The translations under genes were made by a program, and so were the position numbers. Positions 54,090-64,000 of a stretch of 64,000 bases of DNA are shown one piece after another; the first letter of the stretch is position 1, and the number at the start of each line of letters is the position of its first letter. The DNA is from a virus (Duplodnaviria; Heunggongvirae; Uroviricota; Caudoviricetes): IMG/VR virus record IMGVR_UViG_3300029549_000273. The stretch is one strand, 5' to 3'. Under the pieces are notes generated by a model. The model worked only from the letters and a program-made list of their open reading frames with translations. It searched no databases and was not told the DNA's origin.

Positions 54090-55583
54090 TTATTCAGCCT
54101 TGCCGTCCGCGTCATTCTTGGCAGGCGGTTCCTGCGGCTGTGTGGGAGCTGCCGTATTGTCCGGCTTGTCCATGACGATGACAGGAGAGGTCTGCTGGGC
54201 CGTGAGCTTGCCGCCGATGGCTCCGGCAATAAGAGACTTAATATCCAACCCCATTCCGGAAGAAAGGCCCTCTGTGACCTGTGTGGTGCCGTTGATGATG
54301 TCACCCAGCAGCTTCGCACTGTTGCCTTCGCCGTACATCGTGATTTTATCCACCTTGCTGAGAGGTTCAGCGACATTCTTGGCGATTTCCGGCAAAGCGT
54401 TCATAATCATCTCAACGATGGCCGCGTCGCCGTATTTCTTCATAGCTTCTGCCTTCTTGTCGATACCTTCTGCTTCAGCAACGGCCTTGGCACGAATGAC
54501 ATTGGCTTCCGCCTCACCGACGGCAGCAATACCAGCAGCTTCCTGCTCGCGGGCGTACTTTACGGCGTCGGCTTCCGCTCTCTTTGCATCCGCCTCACGT
54601 TGGCGCTCGAAAAGCTGCGCCTCCGCGTCCTTCTGACGTCGGTAGAGGTCGGCATCCGCCTGTGCGCGGACCTCCGCATCCAGAGACTGCTTCTTAACTT
54701 CGACCTCTTTGTTTTTCAGCTCCGCTTCGCGTTCCGCCTTGGCGATTTGCGCATTGACGGTAGCCGTCTCAATGGAGCGCTGCTGTTCCTGCTGCTGGAT
54801 GGTATACGCGGCATCGGCCTCGGCCTTCTTCGTATCCTCCTGAACCTTGAGTTCAGCTTTGCGGATGGAGAGGTCATTCAGCTTCTGAGCGATTTGCATT
54901 TCGGACTCGACTTTGGCATCGTTAGACGCCTTGGCCGCCTGCGCCTGAGCGATAGCCACGTCACGCTCCGCCTCAGCTTTGGCGATGGCAGCATCCTTCT
55001 GGATTTTGCTCATATTGTCCTGACCGAGGGAGTTGATTAAGCTGTTTTCGTCCGTGACACGCTGGATATTGCAGGAGATGATTTCGATACCGAGCGCACT
55101 CATATCTGTCTGTGCTTTTGACTGTACCTCGTCACCGAATTTCTTTCGGTCATTGCAGATTTCCTTGAGAGAGATGGTGCCGATGATTTCGCGCATATTG
55201 CCCTGGAGAGAATCCGCGATGGCGCAGCTGAAATCCGCTTCTCGCATATTCAGAAAGTTCTTCATGGCGAGCTGGATGCCTTCCGGGTCCGTCTTGACTC
55301 TGACCTTGGCAACCGCGTCCACATCGACGCCGATGAAGTCGTTGGTCGGGATATAGCCTTCCGACTTGATGTCGATGGAGATTTGCCGGACAATGAGCTT
55401 ATCTACACGCTCCAGAAACGGAATTCGGATACCCGCTCGCCCAATCAGAACGCGGGGCCTTTTTCGTATACCGGAAATGATGTAGGCCACATCGGGCGGA
55501 GCCTTTACATAGCCAAGAAGAAAGATAATCACCACAAGGGCCACTACTGCAATTACAGGCAGCAGCTTCACGAGATTTTCCAT
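54090..55583 (-). CDS. Flotillin-like SPFH/band-7 domain protein
   Basis: An N-terminal transmembrane segment is followed by an SPFH domain and a long Ala/Glu/Lys-rich coiled-coil. The layout resembles FloT/YuaG. Confidence 0.75.
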   Translation of the reverse strand: MENLVKLLPVIAVVALVVIIFLLGYVKAPPDVAYIISGIRKRPRVLIGRAGIRIPFLERVDKLIVRQISIDIKSEGYIPTNDFIGVDVDAVAKVRVKTDPEGIQLAMKNFLNMREADFSCAIADSLQGNMREIIGTISLKEICNDRKKFGDEVQSKAQTDMSALGIEIISCNIQRVTDENSLINSLGQDNMSKIQKDAAIAKAEAERDVAIAQAQAAKASNDAKVESEMQIAQKLNDLSIRKAELKVQEDTKKAEADAAYTIQQQEQQRSIETATVNAQIAKAEREAELKNKEVEVKKQSLDAEVRAQADADLYRRQKDAEAQLFERQREADAKRAEADAVKYAREQEAAGIAAVGEAEANVIRAKAVAEAEGIDKKAEAMKKYGDAAIVEMIMNALPEIAKNVAEPLSKVDKITMYGEGNSAKLLGDIINGTTQVTEGLSSGMGLDIKSLIAGAIGGKLTAQQTSPVIVMDKPDNTAAPTQPQEPPAKNDADGKAE

Positions 55584-55606
55584 TATTTATTACCTCCAGT
55601 TTTATT

Positions 55607-55635
55607 TTGTAAATATATTATACCGCATAACACCT
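55607..55635 (-). promoter_or_regulatory. Consensus promoter TTGACT-N17-cGgTATAAT for the flotillin gene
   Basis: The reverse complement reads aTTGACTcgtgaggtgttatgcggTATAATat. Confidence 0.45.
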
Positions 55636-55738
55636 CACGAGTCAATTTAGCGTAGAGGCAGACAGGTGAGACGCTGAACACGTCCCACCTGTCTGCCCAA
55701 ACCATATAACTTCAATCATGTGCGGCCTTTTGCACGTC

Positions 55739-56143
55739 TCACTCAATAGAGTCTTCCGGCTCTAAGGCTGCTCCGCAATGCACACAACGGTTCGACATGG
55801 TAGCGCAGTATCCACAGAGGACATCAGCCGGAGTATCAGCGCAGGTGATATGCCTGCCGCAGACCTGACAAAAGCCGTCTGAGAAAGCGTGGAGAACGAT
55901 GCGGTTTTTACACTTGCGGCATTCCTGCGGACCGGCAAAGCGCTGGACCCGTCCGACTTGCCCATCCTCCAGCATGACCTTAATACCGCGTGGATGTGTT
56001 GGACTGTTGGTGAGAATCCGCTTCACGACGCCGCGTGTGAGTTTACCTGTCGGCTGGTCTGCTTTGAGTACGATATCTACTGGCATACCTGGGTGAATGG
56101 ACGCCCGTTTGGTACAGGTTGGTTCAGGGATTTTATTTGTCAT
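55739..56143 (-). CDS. Hypothetical protein (134 aa) with an N-terminal YwbE-like domain and C-terminal CxxC pairs
   Basis: The N-terminal GMPVDIVLKADQPTGKLTRGVVKRILT is followed by several CxxC pairs. Confidence 0.4.
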   Translation of the reverse strand: MTNKIPEPTCTKRASIHPGMPVDIVLKADQPTGKLTRGVVKRILTNSPTHPRGIKVMLEDGQVGRVQRFAGPQECRKCKNRIVLHAFSDGFCQVCGRHITCADTPADVLCGYCATMSNRCVHCGAALEPEDSIE

Positions 56144-57872
56144 TTTGAGGGACCCCTCTCACTTTGGCCTTTTCGATTTTTCCAATCACTTCTGTTACCT
56201 TCTGTGCAGTCAGAGGGCTGGTGGTAGATTTATCCAGTGCGTCCAGCAGTTCCGGCAGCTCGCCGAGTTTTACGACCGGGATTTCGCTGTTGTCCGCATC
56301 CTGCAATTTTACATTCGGGTTGGCAAGGCAGATGATGCCGCATACCGGAACATCCTCACCAACAATTTTCGACAGTAAGGCAGCGTGACGCTTAACTTGG
56401 AAAGCGGGGCTTTCCGTTGTGGTGAAATGCCCTGCATTTCGCATATCCCGGTCCCAATAGTTCGTGTCATCGACGCGGATGGTTCCAACGTAGTTTTTGG
56501 TCTCAATATGAATGACGCCGGCAGGTCCTACGAGAAGGTGGTCGATTTCCTGCGGCTCTTTCATATAGTCCCACGCGGCAATACGGATACATCCTCCGCT
56601 GTACTTGCTCACGCAGTCTGCCGCGATGCTGCGGTATGCGCTGTGCTCTGCAAGCCACCACTTGAGTTTGTAATTCACTTCCTTCTCACCGGCTTCGCCC
56701 AGTTCTCGTGCTTTGCGCTCCCTCTCCTCCTGCTCCTGCTCCACACGAGCGGCTTCCGCCGCCGCGCTGGCGATTTGATTGCGGTAGTTCGAGCACACGC
56801 TTTCCGCGAGACCAGTCACGCCTTCCAGTATCAGATTAAGCTGACTATTGAGTTGAAAATGCTTGGCTTCTATTTCGCTGCACAAGTGCAAGATGTTTTT
56901 CGATTTTTCGAGAAGCACACACTCACCGAGCGTAAGGTCGGAGTAAGCGTCGCAGAAGGCATCTGGGATATTGAGCCTGCACTTCTCCATTATCCAGCTT
57001 TTTACTTCCGCTCTCTTCTGTGCTCTGACACAGCAATACTCCGGATGCGTCCGCTCCAACGTGTCGATGTACTGTCGCGCATGGGCGATGATGCCGCTTC
57101 GCTCCGCAGCAATCGCTGCTTCCTCGGCCTGCTTCGCCTCCGCTTCCCGGCATCTGGCCTCTTCCTGCCTGCGTTGCCGCTCCTCACGGATATGCTGCGC
57201 GGTCTTCCCGCTTACGCCAGGTTTGAACTCGTACATCTTGCCGGTCGCAAACAGGGCTTTCAGCAGGACGGAGACATAATAGGCGCTGTACGGAATCAGC
57301 AGGACAATGCCAAGGTAGCAGAACACATAGGATACGACGCCGAGAGCCTTCCACAACGAGACGACCAGGACGAAGGCCGCAACGTAGGCGGCCAGATAGA
57401 TAAGGCATTTTGTCCTCTGATTTTTGTCGCGAGTCATGGTCAAGAATTTGCTCTGCTCCACATAATCCGCATACTGTTCATCCGATACGACTTTCTGCCA
57501 CTCGTCCGCCATGCTGCGGTTTGCAAAGAAGAAGGTTCGGAGCATTAACAACAAACCGATAACCGCCAGCAAAATGAAGGCCACAATGCAGACACAAAGG
57601 AGTGCGAGCACAGCGCTAATCACCTTGAGGATACCGTGACCGAGCAGTTCGGCGAGCCATCCGCACAGCAGGGTCGCCAGAATTCCGCCCATGCCGATGC
57701 AGAAGGTCTTAGTGAGCAGTGCGGCTTCCTTTTTCAGTGTTGCCTTGACTGTACTGTAGTATGTTTCCGCAGACCTTATCCCCTCGTCGTTCTCCACAAT
57801 TTCCCGTGCGGCATCCATGTACTTATGAAGCCGGTCAACAAACCAATCTTTGATGGAATCCAACATAAGCAA
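56133..57872 (-). CDS. Membrane protein with a C-terminal NERD (nuclease-related) domain
   Basis: Several transmembrane segments at the N-terminus. The NERD-like segment is HLLVGPAGVIHIETKNYVG. Confidence 0.55.
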   Translation of the reverse strand: MLMLDSIKDWFVDRLHKYMDAAREIVENDEGIRSAETYYSTVKATLKKEAALLTKTFCIGMGGILATLLCGWLAELLGHGILKVISAVLALLCVCIVAFILLAVIGLLLMLRTFFFANRSMADEWQKVVSDEQYADYVEQSKFLTMTRDKNQRTKCLIYLAAYVAAFVLVVSLWKALGVVSYVFCYLGIVLLIPYSAYYVSVLLKALFATGKMYEFKPGVSGKTAQHIREERQRRQEEARCREAEAKQAEEAAIAAERSGIIAHARQYIDTLERTHPEYCCVRAQKRAEVKSWIMEKCRLNIPDAFCDAYSDLTLGECVLLEKSKNILHLCSEIEAKHFQLNSQLNLILEGVTGLAESVCSNYRNQIASAAAEAARVEQEQEERERKARELGEAGEKEVNYKLKWWLAEHSAYRSIAADCVSKYSGGCIRIAAWDYMKEPQEIDHLLVGPAGVIHIETKNYVGTIRVDDTNYWDRDMRNAGHFTTTESPAFQVKRHAALLSKIVGEDVPVCGIICLANPNVKLQDADNSEIPVVKLGELPELLDALDKSTTSPLTAQKVTEVIGKIEKAKVRGVPQNDK

Positions 57873-57957
57873 TCACCCCCAAAAGCTATGTCTTCATTCT
57901 ACCGTATATCTCGGTTTCTGACAAGCTGACTTTTTGGCTTCGCAGCTTCGCATTCGC

Positions 57958-58443
57958 TCAGCAGAATTCGGGAACGAGGACACGGACATCTTCCAGATTT
58001 TTATTGAACATTTTTGCGACCATTTCACCTTGGCCGCTGAACAGCACCTTGGAAATTGCGTACTTTGCGTATTTGCCACCCCATGCGTGGGAGAACGGAT
58101 AGGTATAGCAGATTTCAGATTTTCCTTCGTCTTCCTCAAAACCGTCCCACACCACATTCGTTTCCAGCATAACAACGGGCAGGTTCGTTTCGACTTCTTT
58201 GATGACCTCCGGGATACTACCCCACAGAACAATCCACTTATAGAGCATATTGGAGTTCATAGGGCTGTCATCGTTCTCATAGATGTGTGCATCCATTACT
58301 TCCCCATGTCCACTGTTCGGGCTTGCCTTCAGGTAGCGGAGTGATTTCAGTCTTACGCTCGTACACACTCCGTTCTCGCCGGTCACATCGAACTCGGCTT
58401 CCCTGACATCGCTTTTGATTCGTACTAAATATTTCTGTTCCAT
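57958..58443 (-). CDS. Hypothetical protein (161 aa)
   Basis: ORF with a ribosome-binding site. Confidence 0.45.
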   Translation of the reverse strand: MEQKYLVRIKSDVREAEFDVTGENGVCTSVRLKSLRYLKASPNSGHGEVMDAHIYENDDSPMNSNMLYKWIVLWGSIPEVIKEVETNLPVVMLETNVVWDGFEEDEGKSEICYTYPFSHAWGGKYAKYAISKVLFSGQGEMVAKMFNKNLEDVRVLVPEFC

Positions 58444-58463
58444 GCTGTATCCTCCTCATGCAG

Positions 58464-59852
58464 TTAAGAGACTGTCATGTATTTGACATCCTGCTCCATT
58501 GCTTCATAGTACGGTATCTGCCATTCTTCGCACAGAATTCCATACTCTACCTGCGTCTTTTCCGAGACTGCTTTCAATGTATCGACTCGCCGGATATCCA
58601 TAATGGTTCCCACGGATATCAACAAGCCGGCTTTGGTCTTGAGCGGAAATAGCTTCGCACTCACATCGGTGTTCTTCGTATAGATGCCGCTCTCGACCGC
58701 CGCCTCTATAATGTCCATTTCCTCCGCATCGACGTCAGTCTCTGCCAGCGTCCGCATCTGTGCAACGCCCTTTCTATCCAGCGTCAGCACATAAAGGTGG
58801 TCTAAGCCCTTTCCGAGATACTCTTTCCGCTTTCGCCTTTTCAACTTATCGCTGTAAATGTCGGCCAGGTCTTTTGCGTTCTTTACAATGAGTATTCCGT
58901 TGTTTTGCTGAGAGATGGTTCCGGCTCTGTTCGCGTTTCTGGAAAAGCCGTTTTTCAGTGTGATTTCCTTGGATACAATGTGCTCGTGCCAATCCATGCC
59001 GTTCGCGTTTGCGAGATAGACAATGTAGCTATGAAAACAGCCGATTAAAAGACCGCTGAGCCTGCACATCATAAGCCCGCGTGCTGCCTGCTTCTTCCGC
59101 TCCTCGGACAGCGTTGACAGCTCGACCCGTTTAACTTCATCGGACGAATAGAATATGGGGCCATCTTTCTTTTCCCCTCTGTTCCGAATCGTTATATTTC
59201 CGTTAGTTGCTTCCATTATCATCTTCATCAATGGCGTTCCGTCATCTGCTGCGCAGGTCACAACTTCGTACTCGGCTTCGCATTCCTCCTCCTCGTAATC
59301 GTCCTCGTCGTTGTCCGCACCATCTTCCCCAAGAATGCTCTCAATGTCGTCGAGCCACCAGCGGTCGGATTGCTCGTCGGTGTTCATCTTCTGTTTGGAG
59401 GCTAAAACACTCTTCTCCATTTCCTCCTCGCTCCTGACTATAAACATCATCTTTCCGCTGATGCCAGCTTCCACCGCCATCTGCATTGATACTGTTGACC
59501 GAAGGAACCGTTCCGCGTAATTCGTTGAAAAGCGCGTGCCTTTGATTTGCACTCTTTCGGAGTCCTCGACGCTGAGATTGGAAAGCCATTGGATTTTATG
59601 TGAGCATTTCTGCTTGAGGTATTCAATGCCGATTGGTGTTATAGTGAGATACGTCAGTTGATGTTTGCGAGATACGCCTTTGATGTTGTATGTCATTCGC
59701 CCATCACTGATGGTTCGTTCTTCCAACCCGCGTTCAACAGCACGATAGATGGCATCTTTTGAAAAGTTGAGCAAGAGAAGGGATTTCTTGGTCGCATAAT
59801 TGAACACAAGCAGTTGGTATAGGATGCTTTCATAGCAGGTCAATCGCTCCAT
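58464..59852 (-). CDS. Hypothetical protein (462 aa), possibly a DNA-binding or replication-initiation protein of a mobile element
   Basis: The N-terminus looks like a winged helix. A long acidic linker EDGADNDEDDYEEEECE follows. The local GC content is lower than the rest of the window. Confidence 0.45.
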   Translation of the reverse strand: MERLTCYESILYQLLVFNYATKKSLLLLNFSKDAIYRAVERGLEERTISDGRMTYNIKGVSRKHQLTYLTITPIGIEYLKQKCSHKIQWLSNLSVEDSERVQIKGTRFSTNYAERFLRSTVSMQMAVEAGISGKMMFIVRSEEEMEKSVLASKQKMNTDEQSDRWWLDDIESILGEDGADNDEDDYEEEECEAEYEVVTCAADDGTPLMKMIMEATNGNITIRNRGEKKDGPIFYSSDEVKRVELSTLSEERKKQAARGLMMCRLSGLLIGCFHSYIVYLANANGMDWHEHIVSKEITLKNGFSRNANRAGTISQQNNGILIVKNAKDLADIYSDKLKRRKRKEYLGKGLDHLYVLTLDRKGVAQMRTLAETDVDAEEMDIIEAAVESGIYTKNTDVSAKLFPLKTKAGLLISVGTIMDIRRVDTLKAVSEKTQVEYGILCEEWQIPYYEAMEQDVKYMTVS

Positions 59853-60143
59853 CTTTGAGACCTCCTCTCTTTCATTCTTTTACAGGCTCTTTTACCGAGC
59901 CGCTCAGCGGCTGTTATCGACCTCTGCCTATGCGGAAATAAGCGCCTGATTTCTCTGACAGTTACCAAGATGGCAGCAGATGGCTTAAAAGTCCAAAAAA
60001 TGATTGCTTTCTCCGCTGACTCCTGAGCATGACGGAAAATTCCGCTGACCGTGCTTTGGAGCCTTTGCAAAATCACGGTTTTTACGGCTTTTTTGTATAC
60101 AAATAAACCGTTTTTGCGAATGTCGATTTTTTTGTATGCTTTT

Positions 60144-60962
60144 TCAGCCTTTTTTTGCCGGTGAATCAGCAAAATTCTGATGGAAAATTTGAATGATTTC
60201 GTGCGGATTTGCGGACGAAAATTTGTCCGGACAGACGCAAATGTAGGTTCCTCGTGGAACATCATCGGAGCGAAAACCCGTCATGTGAAAGCTGGTTTTT
60301 TCTGCGGAGTCATCGCAAAAAGTATGCAGGCAAATGGTGTCTGTGATTGCTTTTGTGTCGAAATTATCGCAGTCAACAACGATATTTTCCGAGCAAGGAA
60401 ACACAAAAATATAGTTGATGCTTTGACTTGGGAACGGGGGAATTTCGTTGTCAAGAAGCATCAGGCTCTCGTGCAAAGACTGCGTAAAAAAGGAGAAGAA
60501 CCGCTTCAAAGCAGAGGCCTTTTCGATATGTGTAAGTGCGTAACTTCGGCTCCAAATGACAGGCAACATCGGCAACTTTATTAGCAGCTTTCCCTCCGAG
60601 AGGAAAGTGCGGATTCCCTCGATTTCAGCGCCAAATGCAAGATAGTTTTCCCTCTGAACAGCTGCTTGCGAAAGAAGTCCGCCTGCGGTATTCGGTGCGA
60701 TGATTGCTTGATACAGCGAGTGTGTGTGGACGAGTCCTGAAACGTAGAAGGACTTCACAATTTTCTGCGCGTCGATTTGATTTGCTTCGCGTTCAAGAAA
60801 GCCGTGGTCGTGCTCCACTTTTTCAGACAGCTTCAACACACTTCCTGCAAGGTTATTCAGCGCATTTGCTTCCCCTGCAACTTCCTCTGCCACGGACTTT
60901 GCCTCGTCGATTTGCATGAGCGTCAACACGAATTCTTCATCCGGCAAAGTTGAATTCACCAT
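60144..60962 (-). CDS. Hypothetical protein (272 aa)
   Basis: ORF in the conjugation-linked, lower-GC segment. Confidence 0.45.
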   Translation of the reverse strand: MVNSTLPDEEFVLTLMQIDEAKSVAEEVAGEANALNNLAGSVLKLSEKVEHDHGFLEREANQIDAQKIVKSFYVSGLVHTHSLYQAIIAPNTAGGLLSQAAVQRENYLAFGAEIEGIRTFLSEGKLLIKLPMLPVIWSRSYALTHIEKASALKRFFSFFTQSLHESLMLLDNEIPPFPSQSINYIFVFPCSENIVVDCDNFDTKAITDTICLHTFCDDSAEKTSFHMTGFRSDDVPRGTYICVCPDKFSSANPHEIIQIFHQNFADSPAKKG

Positions 60963-61576
60963 GAGACATACCTCGGAATATTGTTATTATCCAGCGTACA
61001 GAAACAGTCAAACCCACGGTAAAGGCGGCTATTTTCGTCCAGGCATTCTTTCATAATTGCCTCGCCGGTTTCCTTATTATTTACCAGTGCGATGTGCGTA
61101 GCTTCCTCCTCAATGGCGCTCCGTTCGCATTTGCTTCGCTTGTAAACAACAGCCTTTGCGATGTCAACGGTGTTGCAGACGGCAATATCATACGGAATAT
61201 ACCGCTCCTCACCGTTCTCGTCCAACGTGTTCGCGATGAAGGAGAACTGCATCGGATGGTCCAGCGAGGTTACATCCAGAATAGCGTCGCATCCGACACG
61301 AGCAATCACCCAAAACGCACGGATTTTCGCCTTCACATATTCAGGTCTCAGCCTCGATGTTTTCAGGCCCATCCGGTGAAACCAAATCAGCTCGTAGTCC
61401 TGTTCGTCGATGTCAAGGACTCGTTGGCTTGCCAGCGCATTGATAAGAAAATCAACCTGCGCTTGCGTAAGCTGCGAAGAGAAAAAGCGATACAACCCGC
61501 TTCGACTCAGCACAGTACATGACCTCATGAGACATTTCAAATTGTCAACAGGAGCTTCATATAACATAGTCAGCAC
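60956..61576 (-). CDS. Hypothetical protein (206 aa)
   Basis: ORF whose start and stop overlap its neighbours, indicating translational coupling. Confidence 0.45.
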   Translation of the reverse strand: MLTMLYEAPVDNLKCLMRSCTVLSRSGLYRFFSSQLTQAQVDFLINALASQRVLDIDEQDYELIWFHRMGLKTSRLRPEYVKAKIRAFWVIARVGCDAILDVTSLDHPMQFSFIANTLDENGEERYIPYDIAVCNTVDIAKAVVYKRSKCERSAIEEEATHIALVNNKETGEAIMKECLDENSRLYRGFDCFCTLDNNNIPRYVSW

Positions 61577-61606
61577 CTCTCTTGTAAATAGTTTTTTCCA
61601 TTGAAA

Positions 61607-63997
61607 TCAGCGCCTGAAGGCAGCGCAAGTACGCTTCTGCTCAATTCGGCGCTTCGCAGCGGCTCTTGCTTTTGGGTCAGTCGTTATCAGGTATTCTTCC
61701 GTATCCGTCGCCTTAACATTGATGAAAATGTGGTTCTCATTTGCGGTCAGGAGACAGGTTCCACGGTCCATGGTTTTTACACGCTTGAGTTCCTCGTCGG
61801 TCAGACCAATCGCATCCGCAATCGCGTTTGCTTCCTCTTTTTCACTGCGCAAAATCATTTTGATTTTGGCGTTTCCGATGATGGCGGTGCCAATTCCCGC
61901 AGAGAAGAAGTCTGCGATATTCTGCGTGGCAGCGACGGCGCTTCCACCGAAGCCTCGGATAGTACGGAAGATTTCGACCACGAAATTGGCGGCTTCGATA
62001 GGTGCATCGGAGCAGACCAAGCGCCAAGTCTCGTCAATGAAAACACACTTGTTGACGTTCCGATTTTCTTTGCATTTATCCCAAACATAATCCAATGCAA
62101 GGAACATAGCCACAGGAAGAAAGTCTTTCTGCGCATCGGAAACATCCAGCACTACGAACTTGTTGTTAAGGTTCACATTGGTTTGCGCGTTGAACGAAGA
62201 TGCAGAACCTGTGGTGTATCGCGTCAGCAAACGGCACAAACGATTTGCTGGTGCGCCCATCTTTTCCAGCTCAGAATATACATCCGAAAGGATAGGCATT
62301 TTACGGTATTTCTTCTTGTCGTTGGGGTCCAACAGGCTCTTGTTCTTATGGGTAATTCCGAAATTGCCGTAAGTTTTCAGCAGCGCGTCATCCACATACT
62401 GCACCTCTTCTGGCGTCATGTCCGGGATAATCAGCTTAAAGAAAATGAGAAGCTGCTGGATTTTCTGTGCCAAAATCGAGCCGGAAGTGACCAACGCACC
62501 ATCGTCATCGTAGACGTTGCCCTCTTCTTTCTTGCGTATCTCCATGATATTGATATTCTGTCCGGAGCCAGGTTTGATTTCAATGAAACTGCCCCCGACC
62601 TTCTCACAAAGCGGCAGGAACTCCTTGCCTTTCAGCGGCGCGATAATGAAGGTTTGAACCCCCTTCTCCCGCATTCTCAAAGCCAGAACCTGCGTGGTGA
62701 AGGTCTTACCGGAACCAGAGGAGCCGACAATATTGATGTTGGCATTGATGTATTGCTGGCGGTCGAAGAAGTTGACCAGAACCGGTGATTTGAACACATC
62801 ATCCACGCCCAGCATCACGCCGTCCTTATCGCACAGCTCCGAAGATGTGAACATATAGGTGGACGCAAAATCGGAACACAGAATATTTCTGCGGCTCTTA
62901 CGGAATAGGTTTTTGTCATACTCACATACGGGAATGGTGGAGCGAAACGCTTCTGCTTGCTGGAAAGTACAAGGCTTGAGAGTCAATTCTCTCTCAATGA
63001 AAATGCGCCGGATTTCCTTGAATTTGTAGTCAATTTCTCGCTCGCTTTCGCCTGTAATAGTGAGCATTGTAGACATATAGGCAAATTCGTCGCCGGCCGC
63101 GAGAGAGCTTTTCAGATAGTATCCTGCGTCCACCGCAGCCTTCACATCATCGTAGTCACTACTGGTGGTTTCTGTGTTGCGGAAGCGCATTGCATTGAAC
63201 CGCAGGCCATGATGCAGTGCCGTTTGAATTTTCTCCGGCGAAATCTTCTGAAGCCAAACATCCACATCAATCCCCTCTCCCAGCCCTGCCAGCAGCTGCA
63301 TCCAGCCGCCAAGAACGCGCACAGGATAGGCATTGCTCGGAAGATAGCAGCACATATAGTAGATGCCATCCACGATGATATATCGGGGACTTGACTCCGT
63401 ATCAATACAGTACGGAGCAAGCACATCATTGACAGGAAGATGCGCCGCGCTATCTCGCGTGAAGTCGATGTTTGCCGCCGTATATCGGGCAACAACATCC
63501 GCCATTCTCTCGTCAAACGGGTGGTTCGCGCTCTGTGCTCTGGACATAATATCGTAAAGCGTGGAAAGCACATAGACGTCATCGTGAGGCCTTGAAATCA
63601 TAATGTTGCCGCAGGCCCGAAGGTTGCTTCTGATGGCGTCCTCCTGTCTCGTAATGGTGCTTCTGATTTCATTCCATGATGGTGAACGATGTGCGAATCC
63701 ATCTTCTTCCTCATACTGGAATGCAAGAAAGAAGCGACGGGATACGCCTTGCGATGCGCCAAATTCTGACATCATGTCGATTTGCTCCCGCATCAGTTCA
63801 CGGGTTCCTTCATTCTTTTCATGGCGCACGCTTTCCACCATGCCGGAAATATAGTGTTCGACATTTGCGCGATTGGACAGAACTTTGATTTGGACAACGC
63901 TTGGAAACGAGCGGATTGCGGCCGCATATTGTGCCGTAATCATGTTCTTATCCTCGTTTGACCGTAAGCCGTAGTTGATAGGAGAGAACTCCATCAA
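61607..63997 (-). CDS. VirB4/TraE-family conjugative transfer ATPase (TcpF/Orf16-like)
   Basis: The 796-aa ORF has Walker A IVGSSGSGKTFTTQ and a Walker B-like VFIDETWRL. The AAA-like / DUF87 architecture is typical of Gram-positive type IV secretion ATPases. The start is near the window edge. Confidence 0.8.
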   Translation of the reverse strand: MMEFSPINYGLRSNEDKNMITAQYAAAIRSFPSVVQIKVLSNRANVEHYISGMVESVRHEKNEGTRELMREQIDMMSEFGASQGVSRRFFLAFQYEEEDGFAHRSPSWNEIRSTITRQEDAIRSNLRACGNIMISRPHDDVYVLSTLYDIMSRAQSANHPFDERMADVVARYTAANIDFTRDSAAHLPVNDVLAPYCIDTESSPRYIIVDGIYYMCCYLPSNAYPVRVLGGWMQLLAGLGEGIDVDVWLQKISPEKIQTALHHGLRFNAMRFRNTETTSSDYDDVKAAVDAGYYLKSSLAAGDEFAYMSTMLTITGESEREIDYKFKEIRRIFIERELTLKPCTFQQAEAFRSTIPVCEYDKNLFRKSRRNILCSDFASTYMFTSSELCDKDGVMLGVDDVFKSPVLVNFFDRQQYINANINIVGSSGSGKTFTTQVLALRMREKGVQTFIIAPLKGKEFLPLCEKVGGSFIEIKPGSGQNINIMEIRKKEEGNVYDDDGALVTSGSILAQKIQQLLIFFKLIIPDMTPEEVQYVDDALLKTYGNFGITHKNKSLLDPNDKKKYRKMPILSDVYSELEKMGAPANRLCRLLTRYTTGSASSFNAQTNVNLNNKFVVLDVSDAQKDFLPVAMFLALDYVWDKCKENRNVNKCVFIDETWRLVCSDAPIEAANFVVEIFRTIRGFGGSAVAATQNIADFFSAGIGTAIIGNAKIKMILRSEKEEANAIADAIGLTDEELKRVKTMDRGTCLLTANENHIFINVKATDTEEYLITTDPKARAAAKRRIEQKRTCAAFRR

Positions 63998-64000
63998 CTT

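Noticed and set aside
59840-60265. 141-aa ORF in the 58464/60144 intergenic region
   Set aside because: It has no ribosome-binding site, overlaps the upstream gene start, and has a basic low-complexity composition. It is likely a non-coding regulatory region.

Overview
This 64-kb window is about 56% GC with Firmicutes-like signals (AGGAGG ribosome-binding sites, S-layer-homology surface proteins), and almost every gene is on the minus strand.

Window contents from low to high coordinate (all minus strand):
- A truncated recJ-like gene, RNase HI, and a large serine recombinase at 2540..4042.
- A roughly 2.6-kb tRNA array at 6.4-9.0 kb. It contains Gly, Met, Glu, Asn, Leu, Tyr, Thr and Gln tRNAs plus several aberrant tRNA-like elements, and has a consensus sigma-70 promoter at 9033..9061.
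- A roughly 49-kb one-directional array of mostly small orphan ORFs, interspersed with DNA-metabolism genes: an SSB-like protein, an HD hydrolase, a YqaJ-like exonuclease, RecD-like and UvrD-like helicases, uracil-DNA glycosylase, and a SigA-like sigma factor.
- Also in that array: a flotillin homologue, a NERD-domain protein, and two S-layer-homology cell-surface proteins.
- A lower-GC segment after about 58.4 kb that carries a VirB4-like conjugation ATPase.

Most notable observations:
- An IscB-family (OMEGA-type) RRXRR/HNH protein whose RuvC catalytic residues appear substituted. Immediately upstream it has three CRISPR-like 26-bp repeats with unique spacers and a roughly 300-nt structured, terminator-capped RNA element that carries a complementary anti-repeat; this element is present in two copies.
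- A roughly 200-bp leader module repeated at least six times upstream of unrelated genes, with covariation-supported hairpins, a palindrome and 8-bp iterons.
- Tandem anticodon-arm-less tRNA-like elements at the 5' end of the tRNA operon.

All calls are from reading the sequence and motifs by eye. No database searches or structure predictions were run.
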